A stretch of 63,852 bases of DNA, the filler included, from Octopus bimaculoides (lineage: Eukaryota), in NCBI RefSeq assembly GCF_001194135.2. It is 6 parts of 5 records of this genome, joined end to end, with 100 filler letters (N's around TTAATTAATTAA, not from the genome) between each part and the next. Parts side by side here need not be neighbours in the genome. Positions count along the whole stretch, not along the records: positions 11,934 to 39,479 come from NC_069007.1; 5 more parts are not named here. One strand, 5' to 3'. Of this stretch, positions 22,655 through 35,344 are shown piece after piece. The notes beneath the pieces are model-generated. The model was not told the DNA's origin and made no database searches. It saw only the letters and a program-made list of their open reading frames with translations. The translations under genes and the position numbers were made by a program. How positions within the stretch are numbered: the stretch's first letter is position 1; each line of letters begins with the position of its first letter.

Positions 22655-23930
22655 GTAACTAGGCATTATAGACCAGTCTATCAACCACAAGTACCAGCCT
22701 CTTTGGTAGCACCTTGGCAAAAATCTTATAATCTGCGTTCAGCAGAATTATAAGCCTGAACCTTCTTTGGATCTCCAGTGTGTAACTTCCACCGACCTCA
22801 TTGCCCAACAGGCAGAGGGCTGCGAGCGCTTGCTGGCTCTCCTTATGCGAAGCATCATTTCTCCGTCTACATTTATTCCAGGGCTGTGGCTCCGACAATG
22901 GGACGAGCTGCAGAAAATCCCATCTGACAAACGGCGACCACATCAGATCACCGTCAATGAAACTCTGGAGATGTCGTAGCCTAAGCGCATGTCTGCACAA
23001 CATTAGCCATGGTATGTCCCATCCTCCATTCAGTGGCTACTGACAATAGATGGATCATCTGACGAGACGGACCGTTTCTTTCACTGGAAGCGAAAGTGCT
23101 CCAACTTGATCAGCAACGAAGTAAGGCAAGGGACGACAGTCAAGCGATAGTAAGATGACCGATGCGATGTGCGCATTCGCCAGTTCCACCCGACCCTCTA
23201 GGAGCAGCTTTCTCTTTGCACATTTCTAGGATTGACTGGCTACCCTGCTCATCACCCTTCAGTTCTTGCCCGCCTGGAGATCAAGATCGAACCAGACCTC
23301 AAGAAATTTAAGAGATCCTTCCATCCAGCGCCCTACGTCAATGTCGGATGGCGTAGACCTGCTTCTCCAGGTGGAGAGCAGCAGGCCTACCGACTTATAG
23401 TTAATCTCTTCTCATAAGCGTTTCCTTCATCTCGATTTCCGAGATATCCAACCCTATTTCAGTGACGTCGTCTGCAGAAGTCACCATGAATATTCCGCGT
23501 TCTAGTTCACGTATGATACCCCTTGAAACATCGACTTCTCGTAGTAATGGCTCGATAGACAACAGGTACAGAAGGGGCGAAACTGGGTATCCTTGATGGA
23601 CAGAACGTGCGATATTAAGCAATTTCGAAAGGTGGGTATTTATTTTGACTAGCAAACACATGTCGCTGCACATTGCAGCGATCCAACCTCCAAGTATCTG
23701 TTGTCGACCAGCCTAACAATGACAAGTGCCAACCTCTTGGCTAGCACCTTGGCCAACATCTTGCAATCTGTGTTTAGAAGCGTTACGGGCCTAAAATTAT
23801 TTATTTGTTCCCCCTTGTTTGAGTCCTTTTTCAGCAGCACTACAACGCCATGGCTCTCATCATTAGAAATTTTCCCTTTCTGCCACCAGTTATGGCAGAC
23901 ATCAGCAAAGCGATCACCAAACAAGTAATT
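22655..23930 (-). mobile_element. L1/Tx1-clade LINE ORF2 remnant (RT and downstream region), rearranged
   Basis: Motifs GVVVLLKKD..KGEQINNFRPVTLLNTDCKMLAKVLAKRL, VKIN.HLS....RSVHQGYPVSPLLY..SIEPLL and SADDV, then KN*...RKLLLEGRVELAN...PLNGG...RHALRLRHL...WSPFVR. Stops and a deletion are present. Confidence 0.85.
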
Positions 23931-24037
23931 CGATCTGAGAACGTGAAATGCTATAAGAAATCCTACTAAACATTTTGTCCGCCCACGGTGCTAACAATCT
24001 GCCTACTAATTCTAAATAGGTCTTTCTATTCTGGGCA

Positions 24038-24427
24038 GTGTGGAGGCGCAATGGCCCAGTGGTTAGGGTAGCGGACTCGCGGTCATAGGATCGCGGTTTC
24101 GATTCCCAGACCGTTGTGAGTGTTTATTGAGCGAAAACACCTAAAAGCTCCACGAGGCTCCGGCAGAGGATGGTGGCGAACCTTGCTGTACTCTTTCACC
24201 ACAACTTTCTCTCACTCTTACTTCCTGTTTCTGTTGTGCCTGTAATTCAAAGGGTCAGCCTTGTCACACTGTGCCACGCTGAATCTCTCCGAGAACTACG
24301 TTAAGGGTACACGTGTCTGTGGAGTGCTCAGCCACTTGCACGTTAATTTCACGAGCAGGCTGTTCCGTTGATCGGATCGACTGGAACCATCGACGTCGTA
24401 GGCGACGGAGTGCCAACCCAACAACAC
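24038..24427 (+). mobile_element. SINE family A, full length, 8-bp TSD, inserted in the tail of a family B SINE
   Basis: TSD tctgggca at 24030-24037 and 24428-24435. A/B boxes and (CAA) tail are present. Confidence 0.9.
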
Positions 24428-24610
24428 TCTGGGCAAGACCTGAAACTCTTGGGGCCAGTCGATTACATCAACCACAGTACTTGACTGGTACTTATTTCAT
24501 TGACTCCGAAAGAATAAAACGCAATGTCGTCCTTGGTGTAATTTGAACTCAGAACGGAGAGACGGAAGAAATGCCACAAGGCATTTTGTCGCTGACGCGC
24601 CAACCATCCA
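24428..24610 (-). mobile_element. SINE family B, degenerate host copy
   Basis: gtcgattacatc...ctggtacttatttcattgac.ccgaaag...aatttgaactcagaacg. Its tail continues at 24020-24037, left of the family A insertion. Confidence 0.7.
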
Positions 24611-24895
24611 CCAAACTGATTCTAAATAATGAGTTGTTATGTGCTGTTTGTTCATGTTGATGCTGTTGCTGTATATGTGTGTATGCCTTATTTATTTCCC
24701 CCCTTCTGTTTTCCGTTTGCTTGTCTTTTGTCTCTCAAATCGCCATACTTTATTACCGTAATCTATATTTATCGATAGCTAATCAATCGTATCACACTGT
24801 TTAGCTTGTGGGTGGATGAGAAGCAGGTAGAGTAGAGCATGTGGTGGCGACGGTGGTGGTGGTGGTGGTGGACATATCAATTGGTTTCTATGCAC

Positions 24896-24899
24896 ACAC

Positions 24900-24932
<33 letters not shown>

Positions 24933-25090
24933 CATGTGTGTGTATGCGTGGGTGTCCGTGTGTGCATGTGAGCTTACGCGTGTGCGTGTGTGTATGTTTG
25001 TGTGTGTGTGTGTGTGTGCTTGTGTGTGCTTGTGTGTGTGTGTGTGTGTGTGTGTGTGCTTGTATGTGTAAGTGTGTGTGTGTGTGCGTA
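24896..25090. repeat. (TG)n microsatellite
   Basis: Directly visible. Confidence 0.9.
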
Positions 25091-25519
25091 CGACTGTTTA
25101 ATTCAGTGTTGTCGGAGCTGTTGGGAGCTGCAGATATGATACGATCCGAGCCGAAACGGTGCGGGGCTGTACGGTGGAGGCGATGTGCGATCTCGTGTTG
25201 TATTGTGTGTGGATGCATTAGTGTGGTTTGGCTTGGTTAAGGTTGTAGGTGGAGTTGGGTCGGATTGGATTGTGTTGGATTCGTTTGGACAAAGAGAAGT
25301 GGACAAAGAGACCAGTCAGACAAATGACTTGAAACTAAGAAAGAACAAACATCTGCTGCAATAAATTCTTCATAATTTGGGCGTGGGTGGTTGACATAAA
25401 AGAATCCGAGGCGGCTGATTATATAAATATCGTTTATTCTCCTTAATTACGCCGCTTTTTATATTGAATGTTATAAAAGAAAAAAAAAATTAGGAGTAGA
25501 TATGGTTGTGTAGGGACAG

Positions 25520-25681
25520 TCACGTCTGCGTGGTTAACAAGCTCGCTTTACAACCACATGACTTCGGGTTCACCCCCACTGCCTAGAAACGTGGATAGTG
25601 TCTTCGACTTTAGCTGCCGACCGTGTGCAGCCAATGCCTTGTGAGTGAATTTCATAGATGGAAACCGTATGGAAGCCCATC

Positions 25682-25740
<59 letters not shown>
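25520..25740 (+). mobile_element. SINE family C, 5' half, running into (CATA)n
   Basis: tgcgtggttaacaagctcgc...gggttcacccccactg...gtgtcttcgac...gccttgtgagtgaatt..agatggaaac...gaagccc. Confidence 0.7.
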
Positions 25741-25744
<4 letters not shown>

Positions 25745-26296
25745 CATGTAATTTTTAGACTAGTGGGTATATGTCAATTAGAGTGTTGATGTGTTGAGTA
25801 GAGCATTGGCACATTTTGAGCTACCTTGTGTCATTCACGGTTGGGGGGTATTTCCGGTGGATCTACTTCCGGAAATCCGCAGTGTGAGTTGAGAGAATAA
25901 TCGATTAAGCAAAGAAAAAAAATGGATTTAGTATTAATCTTTATGCCGTATGATAATCATTTCGATCCATCCTGCGATTTACAATTATCTTGTTATGAAT
26001 ATTTAACAAAAGGACAATTATAGCAAAGCTCCATTCGCTAATGAAGCGGGAAAGATACGAATATAACTGCCTGAGCTCAATATTTTTAGCATGACACTGG
26101 TTTATGTATGCACGTACCTGACGTGACCCAGACTGCAAAATTGATGCAACCCAATATGATGCTCAACGTCCCACTCATAAAGGAGAGTCGCAGGAGAGGT
26201 CGAAACGACCGTTGTACAGAATAAAGACTAATACCAAATCCATTTTTTGTTTCCTAAATCGATTATTTATATATGTGTATGTGTATGTACGCCTGT

Positions 26297-26670
26297 AGTG
26301 GAGGCGCAATGGCCCAGTGGTTAGGGCAGCGGACTCGCGGTCATTGGATCGCGGTTTCGATTCCCAGACGAGCGAAAACACCTAAAAGCTCCACGAGCCT
26401 CCGGCAGGGGAAGGTGGCGAACCCTTCTGTACTCTTCCACCACAACTTTCTTTCACTCTTACTTGCTGTTTCTGTTGTGCCTGTAATTCAAAAGGGCCAG
26501 CCTTGTCACAATATGTGTTACGCTGAATATCCCCGAGAACAACGTTAAAGGGTACACGTGTCTGTGGAGTGCTCAGCCACTTGCACGTTAATTTCACGAG
26601 CAGGCTGTTCCGTTGATCTGATCAACTGGAACACTCGACGTCGTAAGCGAAGGAGTGCCAACAACAACAA
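26297..26670 (+). mobile_element. SINE family A, near full length, 11-12-bp TSD
   Basis: TSD tgtacgcctgt at 26286-26296 and 26671-26681. There is a ~20-bp internal deletion after the B box. Confidence 0.9.
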
Positions 26671-26835
26671 TGTACGCCTGTGTGTATATGTGTATGTGTG
26701 TGTATGCTGTATGTATACGGGTATGTGTGTCATCTCTCTGAGCATTTAACAGACGGTGTTGGTATGTTTACATCTCAGTTATCCAGCGAATCGGTCTAAG
26801 CGACCGATAGAATTAGTACCAAACTTAAAAACGTA

Positions 26836-26850
26836 TTATTATTATCATCA

Positions 26851-26930
<80 letters not shown>
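26836..26930. repeat. (TTA)n microsatellite
   Basis: Directly visible. Confidence 0.95.
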
Positions 26931-26932
<2 letters not shown>

Positions 26933-29256
26933 TTTTCTTCATCATGTACAACTACGTGTGTACTCACTATTATTTTATTTATTTTATTCATTTCCAGAAA
27001 AATTGAAACATNNNNNNNNNNNNNNNNNNNNNNNNNNNNNNNNNNNNNNNNNNNNNNNNNNNNNNNNNNNNNNNNNNNNNNNNNNNNNNNNNNNNNNNNN
27101 NNNNNNNNNNNNNNNNNNNNNNNNNNNNNNNNNNNNNNNNNNNNNNNNNNNNNNNNNNNNNNNNNNNNNNNNNNNNNNNNNNNNNNNNNNNNNNNNNNNN
27201 NNNNNNNNNNNNNNNNNNNNNNNNNNNNNNNNNNNNNNNNNNNNNNNNNNNNNNNNNNNNNNNNNNNNNNNNNNNNNNNNNNNNNNNNNNNNNNNNNNNN
27301 NNNNNNNNNNNNNNNNNNNNNNNNNNNNNNNNNNNNNNNNNNNNNNNNNNNNNNNNNNNNNNNNNNNNNNNNNNNNNNNNNNNNNNNNNNNNNNNNNNNN
27401 NNNNNNNNNNNNNNNNNNNNNNNNNNNNNNNNNNNNNNNNNNNNNNNNNNNNNNNNNNNNNNNNNNNNNNNNNNNNNNNNNNNNNNNNNNNNNNNNNNNN
27501 NNNNNNNNNNNNNNNNNNNNNNNNNNNNNNNNNNNNNNNNNNNNNNNNNNNNNNNNNNNNNNNNNNNNNNNNNNNNNNNNNNNNNNNNNNNNNNNNNNNN
27601 NNNNNNNNNNNNNNNNNNNNNNNNNNNNNNNNNNNNNNNNNNNNNNNNNNNNNNNNNNNNNNNNNNNNNNNNNNNNNNNNNNNNNNNNNNNNNNNNNNNN
27701 NNNNNNNNNNNNNNNNNNNNNNNNNNNNNNNNNNNNNNNNNNNNNNNNNNNNNNNNNNNNNNNNNNNNNNNNNNNNNNNNNNNNNNNNNNNNNNNNNNNN
27801 NNNNNNNNNNNNNNNNNNNNNNNNNNNNNNNNNNNNNNNNNNNNNNNNNNNNNNNNNNNNNNNNNNNNNNNNNNNNNNNNNNNNNNNNNNNNNNNNNNNN
27901 TATATATATATATATATACACGTCTACACACATAGACATATATTCACACAAGGATACACATGCACAAACACGTACACGCACACACACGCACACTCAATGC
28001 ATTACGGAAAAGAACAGACATAAAACTAATCGTGTAGGTGGCAAACTAGACAGCGAAGCTGAGAAGTCTGATGAAGGTGACGATGAGAAGGAAGATAAAG
28101 AAGGGAAACAAAGATGAAAGAGAAGAGAAGTTAGCGTGAAGCGAGGGTTTGTATGAATGTGTATTGCGTTGACATTCAGATGACTAATTACCGAGCTAAA
28201 TAGAAACTCAAATACGCCATTTTCCGCAGAGATATTCTCTCTGTCTCGTACACTCCCAGAAGCTCACTCGCATGCACATTCGCCCATAAACACATGGAGA
28301 TCCGCACATACTTATACTAACACAACCAGAACAAACGAACACACAAGATCACGAACACATGCAAGTACACACTCATACATATACGAAACGCACACATACA
28401 TGGAAAACAGGCATAGACACACTGACACATTTATAGTTATATTCATTTCTACTTAAATGCTTATATATATATATATAAATATATATATCCAATGGATATA
28501 TATATCTAAATCCAATGGACCAGTCACTGGATAAGTTTGGCACAGAAATGTTAACATAGAGTGGTGAATAAATCGATATATCGAATTTGAAGTCTCTGTC
28601 TCTTTTGAATATGAAAATTTAAAAGTTTAAAAACCTTATGATATAAATATAAACTGTGAGAACGACCCTTAAGGAATCTAATTAATGATCTCCTAAGGTA
28701 AGTTCTTATGCTATATTGGTAACGGTTGCTNNNNNNNNNNNNNNNNNNNNNNNNNNNNNNNNNNNNNNNNNNNNNNNNNNNNNNNNNNNNNNNNNNNNNN
28801 NNNNNNNNNNNNNNNNNNNNNNNNNNNNNNNNNNNNNNNNNNNNNNNNNNNNNNNNNNNNNNNNNNNNNNNNNNNNNNNNNNNNNNNNNNNNNNNNNNNN
28901 NNNNNNNNNNNNNNNNNNNNNNNNNNNNNNNNNNNNNNNNNNNNNNNNNNNNNNNNNNNNNNNNNNNNNNNNNNNNNNNNNNNNNNNNNNNNNNNNNNNN
29001 NNNNNNNNNNNNNNNNNNNNNNNNNNNNNNNNNNNNNNNNNNNNNNNNNNNNNNNNNNNNNNNNNNNNNNNNNNNNNNNNNNNNNNNNNNNNNNNNNNNN
29101 NNNNNNNNNNNNNNNNNNNNNNNNNNNNNNNNNNNNNNNNNNNNNNNNNNNNNNNNNNNNNNNNNNNNNNNNNNNNNNNNNNNNNNNNNNNNNNNNNNNN
29201 NNNNNNNNNNNNNNNNNNNNNNNNNNNNNNNNNNNNNNNNNNNNNNNNNNNNNNNN

Positions 29257-29556
29257 ATTGAGCGAAAACACCTAAAGCTCCACGAGGCTCCGGCAGGGGA
29301 TGGTGGCGAACCCTGCTGTACTCTTTCACCACAGCTTTCTCTCACTCTTACTTCCTGTTTCTGTTGTGCCTGTAATTCAAAGGGTCAGCCTTGTCACACT
29401 CTGTGTCACGCTGAATATCCTCAAGAACTACGTTAAGGGTACACGTGTCTGTGGAGTGCTCAGCCACTTGCACGTTAATTTCACGAGCAGGCTGTTCCGT
29501 TGATCGGATCAACTGGAACCCTCGATGTCGTAAGCGACGGAATGCCAACAACAACA
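29257..29556 (+). mobile_element. SINE family A, head hidden in the gap
   Basis: High identity to the other A copies from attgagcgaaaac to gccaacaacaac. Confidence 0.9.
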
Positions 29557-29614
29557 GGAGTCTGTACGAAATACTCGGTCACACATACACACGAACACGC
29601 ACACGCATCTACAT

Positions 29615-29846
29615 TTTTTTTACTTGTTTCAGTCATCGGACTGCGGCCTTGCTGGTGTTCTGACTTGAAGATTATAGTGGAGCAAATCGTGTGCGATTCT
29701 TAAGTCTGGTACTTATTCCACCGATCTCTTTGGCTTAATTGCAAAATTAACAGAGACATAACTCAAGCTAAAACCGGTTGCCCATCGGTAGTGTAATGGG
29801 GAGAGAAACACAGACAAAAAGAAGCACACACACACACACACACACA
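29615..29846 (-). mobile_element. SINE family C, 3' half, ending in (CA)n at the gap
   Basis: ttacttgtttcagtcat.ggactgcggcc...ggtacttattc.accgatctc...accggttg...gg.gagaaacacagac. Confidence 0.6.
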
Positions 29847-30694
29847 NNNNNNNNNNNNNNNNNNNNNNNNNNNNNNNNNNNNNNNNNNNNNNNNNNNNNN
29901 NNNNNNNNNNNNNNNNNNNNNNNNNNNNNNNNNNNNNNNNNNNNNNNNNNNNNNNNNNNNNNNNNNNNNNNNNNNNNNNNNNNNNNNNNNNNNNNNNNNN
30001 NNNNNNNNNNNNNNNNNNNNNNNNNNNNNNNNNNNNNNNNNNNNNNNNNNNNNNNNNNNNNNNNNNNNNNNNNNNNNNNNNNNNNNNNNNNNNNNNNNNN
30101 NNNNNNNNNNNNNNNNNNNNNNNNNNNNNNNNNNNNNNNNNNNNNNNNNNNNNNNNNNNNNNNNNNNNNNNNNNNNNNNNNNNNNNNNNNNNNNNNNNNN
30201 NNNNNNNNNNNNNNNNNNNNNNNNNNNNNNNNNNNNNNNNNNNNNNNNNNNNNNNNNNNNNNNNNNNNNNNNNNNNNNNNNNNNNNNNNNNNNNNNNNNN
30301 NNNNNNNNNNNNNNNNNNNNNNNNNNNNNNNNNNNNNNNNNNNNNNNNNNNNNNNNNNNNNNNNNNNNNNNNNNNNNNNNNNNNNNNNNNNNNNNNNNNN
30401 NNNNNNNNNNNNNNNNNNNNNNNNNNNNNNNNNNNNNNNNNNNNNNNNNNNNNNNNNNNNNNNNNNNNNNNNNNNNNNNNNNNNNATCTATCTATCTATC
30501 TTTTTTTTTTTTTCTCGATCCCTTTTGATCGAACTCCCCCTTTTTCCCTTCCTACGATCCCTTTTGATCAACACCACCAATTTTTTTTTTCCTTCCTTCC
30601 CCCTCCCAAAAAGAAAAGCTCTACATTGTATTTGTCCCATCTTCGTTGAGCCCTGTGTGGCTAATAAAAGAAATGTATCTTTCTATCTATCTAT

Positions 30695-30728
<34 letters not shown>

Positions 30729-31224
30729 ATCAGTATTTATCTCCATATCTATCTGTCTGTCTATCTATCTGTCTGTTTATCTGTCTATCTATCCCTCTGT
30801 CTGTCTGTCTGCACCTTCATATATACACACGCATAGACACACACGATATTCATGCATAAGCACATAATACACAATACACATAAGCACATACAGTAGACAC
30901 ACATCTGGTAGCCTCGCACTCACACGCCCACACACACCTATATAAATACACGGAGCATATATCACACCACACACCGCACGTAATTGTTTCTTATAAACAT
31001 ACACACATATCCTCCTATACGCGCGCACACACATAGACTCACATAATCAAATACTCGCTCACACATACATAGGCGTCCATACATACATATACACTTACAG
31101 ACACCATTCTTACATACACACACGCACTTGCACGGTCCAGTTTAGCCAAGTCACTGTTATTTCCCTTTCCATTGGTGTATTCCTTCCGCTCAGTTCAACA
31201 TGTGAAACCATTAATCCTGGCACA

Positions 31225-31385
31225 TTTTTTCTCTCCCTGTTTTTATTTTCTTTCTCCACTCTTTCCTGATCCTTTCCTGTCGAAGTGCTTTAAGCTTGAA
31301 CCATCAAAGACAAATTAATTTACTCCTTTCTTATTCTTTCACCTGTCTCTGTCTTTTGTTTTCTGTTCATTTGAACCATATATAT
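31225..31385 (+). mobile_element. Penelope-like terminal repeat fragment, degenerate
   Basis: ttctctccctgttt...cctttcctgtcgaag.gc...gcttgaa...aaagac...cacctgtct aligns loosely with 1-170 (minus strand) and 48952-49072. Confidence 0.45.
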
Positions 31386-31962
31386 ATANNNNNNNNNNNN
31401 NNNNNNNNNNNNNNNNNNNNNNNNNNNNNNNNNNNNNNNNNNNNNNNNNNNNNNNNNNNNNNNNNNNNNNNNNNNNNNNNNNNNNNNNNNNNNNNNNNNN
31501 NNNNNNNNNNNNNNNNNNNNNNNNNNNNNNNNNNNNNNNNNNNNNNNNNNNNNNNNNNNNNNNNNNNNNNNNNNNNNNNNNNNNNNNNNNNNNNNNNNNN
31601 NNNNNNNNNNNNNNNNNNNNNNNNNNNNNNNNNNNNNNNNNNNNNNNNNNNNNNNNNNNNNNNNNNNNNNNNNNNNNNNNNNNNNNNNNNNNNNNNNNNN
31701 NNNNNNNNNNNNNNNNNNNNNNNNNNNNNNNNNNNNNNNNNNNNNNNNNNNNNNNNNNNNNNNNNNNNNNNNNNNNNNNNNNNNNNNNNNNNNNNNNNNN
31801 NNNNNNNNNNNNNNNNNNNNNNNNNNNNNNNNNNNNNNNNNNNNNNNNNNNNNNNNNNNNNNNNNNNNNNNNNNNNNNNNNNNNNNNNNNNNNNNNNNNN
31901 NNNNNNNNNNNNNNNNNNNNNNNNNNNNNNNNNNNNNNNNNNNNNNNNNNNNNNNNNNNNNN

Positions 31963-31989
<27 letters not shown>

Positions 31990-32000
<11 letters not shown>

Positions 32001-32119
32001 GCACTCCGCCGCTTACGACGTCGACGGTTCCAGTTGATCCGATCAGCGGAACAGCCTGCTCATGAAATTAACGTGCAAGTGGCTGAGCACTCCCCAGACA
32101 CGTGTACCCTTAACGTAGT
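31990..32119 (-). mobile_element. SINE family A, 5'-truncated
   Basis: gttgttgttggcactcc...acacgtgtacccttaacgtagt. Confidence 0.88.
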
Positions 32120-32169
32120 TACTGTGAAATGCTGGCCAACAAACTGAAATCAGCAATTCACATCAAACA

Positions 32170-32470
32170 CTGAAGAGAGCGTTAATGTAGCTCGACAGTG
32201 CACGCCTACACCGTTGAAACCATTGAAAAACTGCGTTTTGAGCAGCTAGACCATTATGTAGACAGTCCTGATCTCTATGTATACAGTCCTTTTGACCGCT
32301 CAAACATTCTTTACGAGGTCATTGGTTTGCACGGAGGACGAAGCGCTAGACACAGTGCATAAATAGACGAGGAACTGACCGAAAGCTTTCTCCGATGGAA
32401 TAAGCAAGCTTCTGGAACAAGTAAGCATGCTGACCGCTTGAAAGAGTCCATCAGAAAGCAAGGACACTAA
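32170..32470 (+). mobile_element. mariner (DD34D-type) transposase C-terminal remnant
   Basis: Manual translation with frameshifts gives TVETIEKLRFEQLDHYVDSPDL / LRGHWF / PKAFSDGISKLLEQ. This resembles the mariner pattern T.E.I..L.FE.L.HPPYSPDL...LRG..F...QPK.FF.DGI.KL. Confidence 0.7.
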
Positions 32471-32840
32471 CTCGAAGAATGATGTAATTACTCAGACAGC
32501 GCTTTTGTTTTATTAAATTACAACACGAAGAGTGCATATAATCTTTGGCTCACCCTCATATATGTCTGTGAGAGTGTATGTGTGTGTGTGTGTGGGGGGG
32601 GGGGGTATTGTTCTTTTTCATGTGTATTTCGTGCTTTGGCTGTGTTTGTCTATTCAGCTAATATAGAAGTACCATTTATTTTTAATGTTTGTGCACTTTG
32701 GCTGTGGCATATAATGATATCTACATATAGATATTTTTGATTTGCGTCCCATGTGTATATCAAGTATTAATTTGCGTGTGTCTATATGTACGTGCAAGTA
32801 CATACATCCATATATATATATATATGAATATATATATATA

Positions 32841-33386
32841 TATCATCATAAATATAAGGGATTAGCAATTGAGTTGCTTCTCCAACATACTGAAAATTTA
32901 GAAATAGCAGTCAAAGAACTACTGATTCTAAACTACAAATTTTTCTCTAAAACGGATGGCGATATTTATGGCACACATAGAACAAAAAACCGGAGGGAAA
33001 ACCACAAACAAAACAAGCCTTTAGTTAATTGGGTACGAATCGTTTCATGGTTAAGTGAATGAAAATTTCACTATTCCAATCTTCAGCCCAAATATTCTGA
33101 TAAATTCGAAAGTGTCTCTAAATTTATCAGAATATTTGGGCTGAAGATTGGAATAGTGAAATTTTCATTCACTTAACCATGAAACGATTCGTACCCAATT
33201 AACTAAAGGCTTGTTTTGTTTGTGCTTTTCCCTCCGGTTTTTTGTTCTATGTGTGCCATAAATATCGCCATCCGTTTTAGAGAAAAATTTGTAGTTTAGA
33301 ATCAGTAGTTCTTTGACTGCTATTTCTAAATTTTCAGTATGTTGGAGAAGCAACTCAATTGCTAATCCCTTATATTTATGATGATA
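32841..33386. repeat. Near-perfect palindrome: 266-bp arms, 14-nt spacer, 1 mismatch
   Basis: 32841-33106 is the reverse complement of 33121-33386 except for the pair 33002/33225. The spacer is cgaaagtgtctcta. The ORF track shows the same peptide on both strands. Confidence 0.95.
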
Positions 33387-33489
33387 AATGGTCTTACCGA
33401 TAAAGGTTTTTTTCATACTGAACTACTTGGCAAAATTGTTAATTATTAATTCTATTATTAATTGACGATTCCCTGCCCTCATTTCTTGT

Positions 33490-33524
<35 letters not shown>

Positions 33525-33992
33525 CATACATACATATATATATGAATTTGCCTGAATGTAGACATGCTTATGTACATTTATATAGTTGTATCAATACCCA
33601 TATATATATATGTATATGTAGCTATGTTTATACCTGTATATAGGCATGTAGTGAAGTTGCATGAGTGTGTATCGATTTATATGCTAAGTAACTAAATATC
33701 TGTACATGCCGTATGTGAAACACTGTGTCCAGAGGGACTATCATATTTCATTAGAACAAAGAACGAAACTAATATTTTATATATATATATATNNNNNNNN
33801 NNNNNNNNNNNNNNNNNNNNNNNNNNNNNNNNNNNNNNNNNNNNNNNNNNNNNNNNNNNNNNNNNNNNNNNNNNNNNNNNNNNNNNNNNNNNNNNNNNNN
33901 NNNNNNNNNNNNNNNNNNNNNNNNNNNNNNNNNNNNNNNNNNNNNNNNNNNNNNNNNNNNNNNNNNNNNNNNNNNNNNNNNNNNNNNNNNNN

Positions 33993-34358
33993 CTTACGAC
34001 GCCGAGGGTTCCAGTTGATACGATCAACGGAACAGCCTGCTCGTGAAATTAACGTGGAAGTGGCTGAGCACTCCACAGACACGTGTACCATTAACGTAGT
34101 TCTCGGAGAGATTCAGCGTGGCACAGTGTGACAAGGCTGACCCTTTGAATTACAGGCACAACAGAAACAGGAAGTAAGAGTGAGAGAAAGTTGTGGTGAA
34201 AGAGTACAGCAGAGTTCGCCACCATCCCCTGCCGGAGCCTTGTGGAGCTTTAGGTGTTTTCGCTCAATAAACACTCACAACGCCCGGTCTGGGAATCGAA
34301 ACCGCGATCCTATGACCGCGAGTCCGCTGTCCTAACCACTGGGCCATTGCGCCTCCAC
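33993..34358 (-). mobile_element. SINE family A, tail in the gap
   Basis: High identity to the other copies, with intact A and B boxes. Confidence 0.9.
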
Positions 34359-35344
34359 GGTGTCAGAATAATAGAGTTATCTATTATCCAGACTAACCAG
34401 CGGAGATGGGGTACAAGGAGAAGAATAGTTACTATTTACAGCAGTTTTGGTCAGCGTGGTCAGCGTGATGTACGTGCAATGGGAAGGGTCATTTTAAGTA
34501 TAGGGTTTGAGAAGTCATGAAAGTTTTAGGTTATAAATTGTCTTACTACAATTAGGTTCAGATGTTCTTGAATGCGAGCAGGATGTCTGTGTTCTGTGTT
34601 TGATGATTAACAAAAGAAAAAAATGTAAAACAATAACAGGTTAAATTTTAATAGTAAGTTCAATGAAGGAAATGCTTATGTTCGGGCGTCGGTGCAGAAT
34701 AAGTGAGAAACGAGAGATACTAAATTTTGTATCTTAGCAGAGAAAATCCAAACTTGAAATACTATGAGGTAATCAGGGAATAAAATTTAGTTAAACTGCT
34801 TCAATATCATACCAGTTAGAATGGACAGTAAAATATAAAATTATGGAATATGGAACTTTACAGAGTACGAGGAAGCCGTGAATTTAGAATTGAAGAGGGG
34901 AGCGAAGATGGCAGACAGATATATAGAAAGATAATTGAAGTGAGAAAAGATGAGTAAATTTGGCTAGACGGAAAGAGTTAAATGAAGTAGGCGTAATAGG
35001 TGCGTCAATTTTATGCGGCTAAATCCTTTACCAAAATTCAAAATACGTAATGTAGATTTCTCATATACGTTAAATTAAATTAAATAGATGTAAGGAAAAC
35101 ATCCGTTTAATGTGGTTGAGGCTTGTGTTGAGAGACTCAATAAAACACATTTAGATTTGTGATAAAAGTTAAATTAGTTTGGATTGAGTCAGATCAGTGT
35201 AGGAAGAAAATTCAGTTTATGTGAGCGGGTCATGCATTGAGGGATTCAAAAAATTGCATTTAGTTTTGTGATAAAATCCGAATGCTTTCAAGCAATCTGT
35301 GGATACATGTTGTAAAGGTTTCGTTTTGTTAATTCAATAGCAGT

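Noticed and set aside
25103-25306. 67-aa ORF with a PPPY (PY) motif
   Set aside because: The DNA is a degenerate pentamer repeat (ccaat/ccgac/ccaac...). There is an upstream in-frame stop, no ATG and no usable splice acceptor.
32841-33062. Faint resemblance of the palindrome peptide to Penelope RT (ELL.L....F...DG.IY)
   Set aside because: The similarity is too weak. The expected Q..G.AMG motif does not follow, so it is left unassigned.
34520-35330. Possible very old LINE RT on the minus strand (STDCLKAFGF.H, similar to DFSKAFD)
   Set aside because: Only one weak motif is visible amid many stops. It cannot be supported without a profile search.
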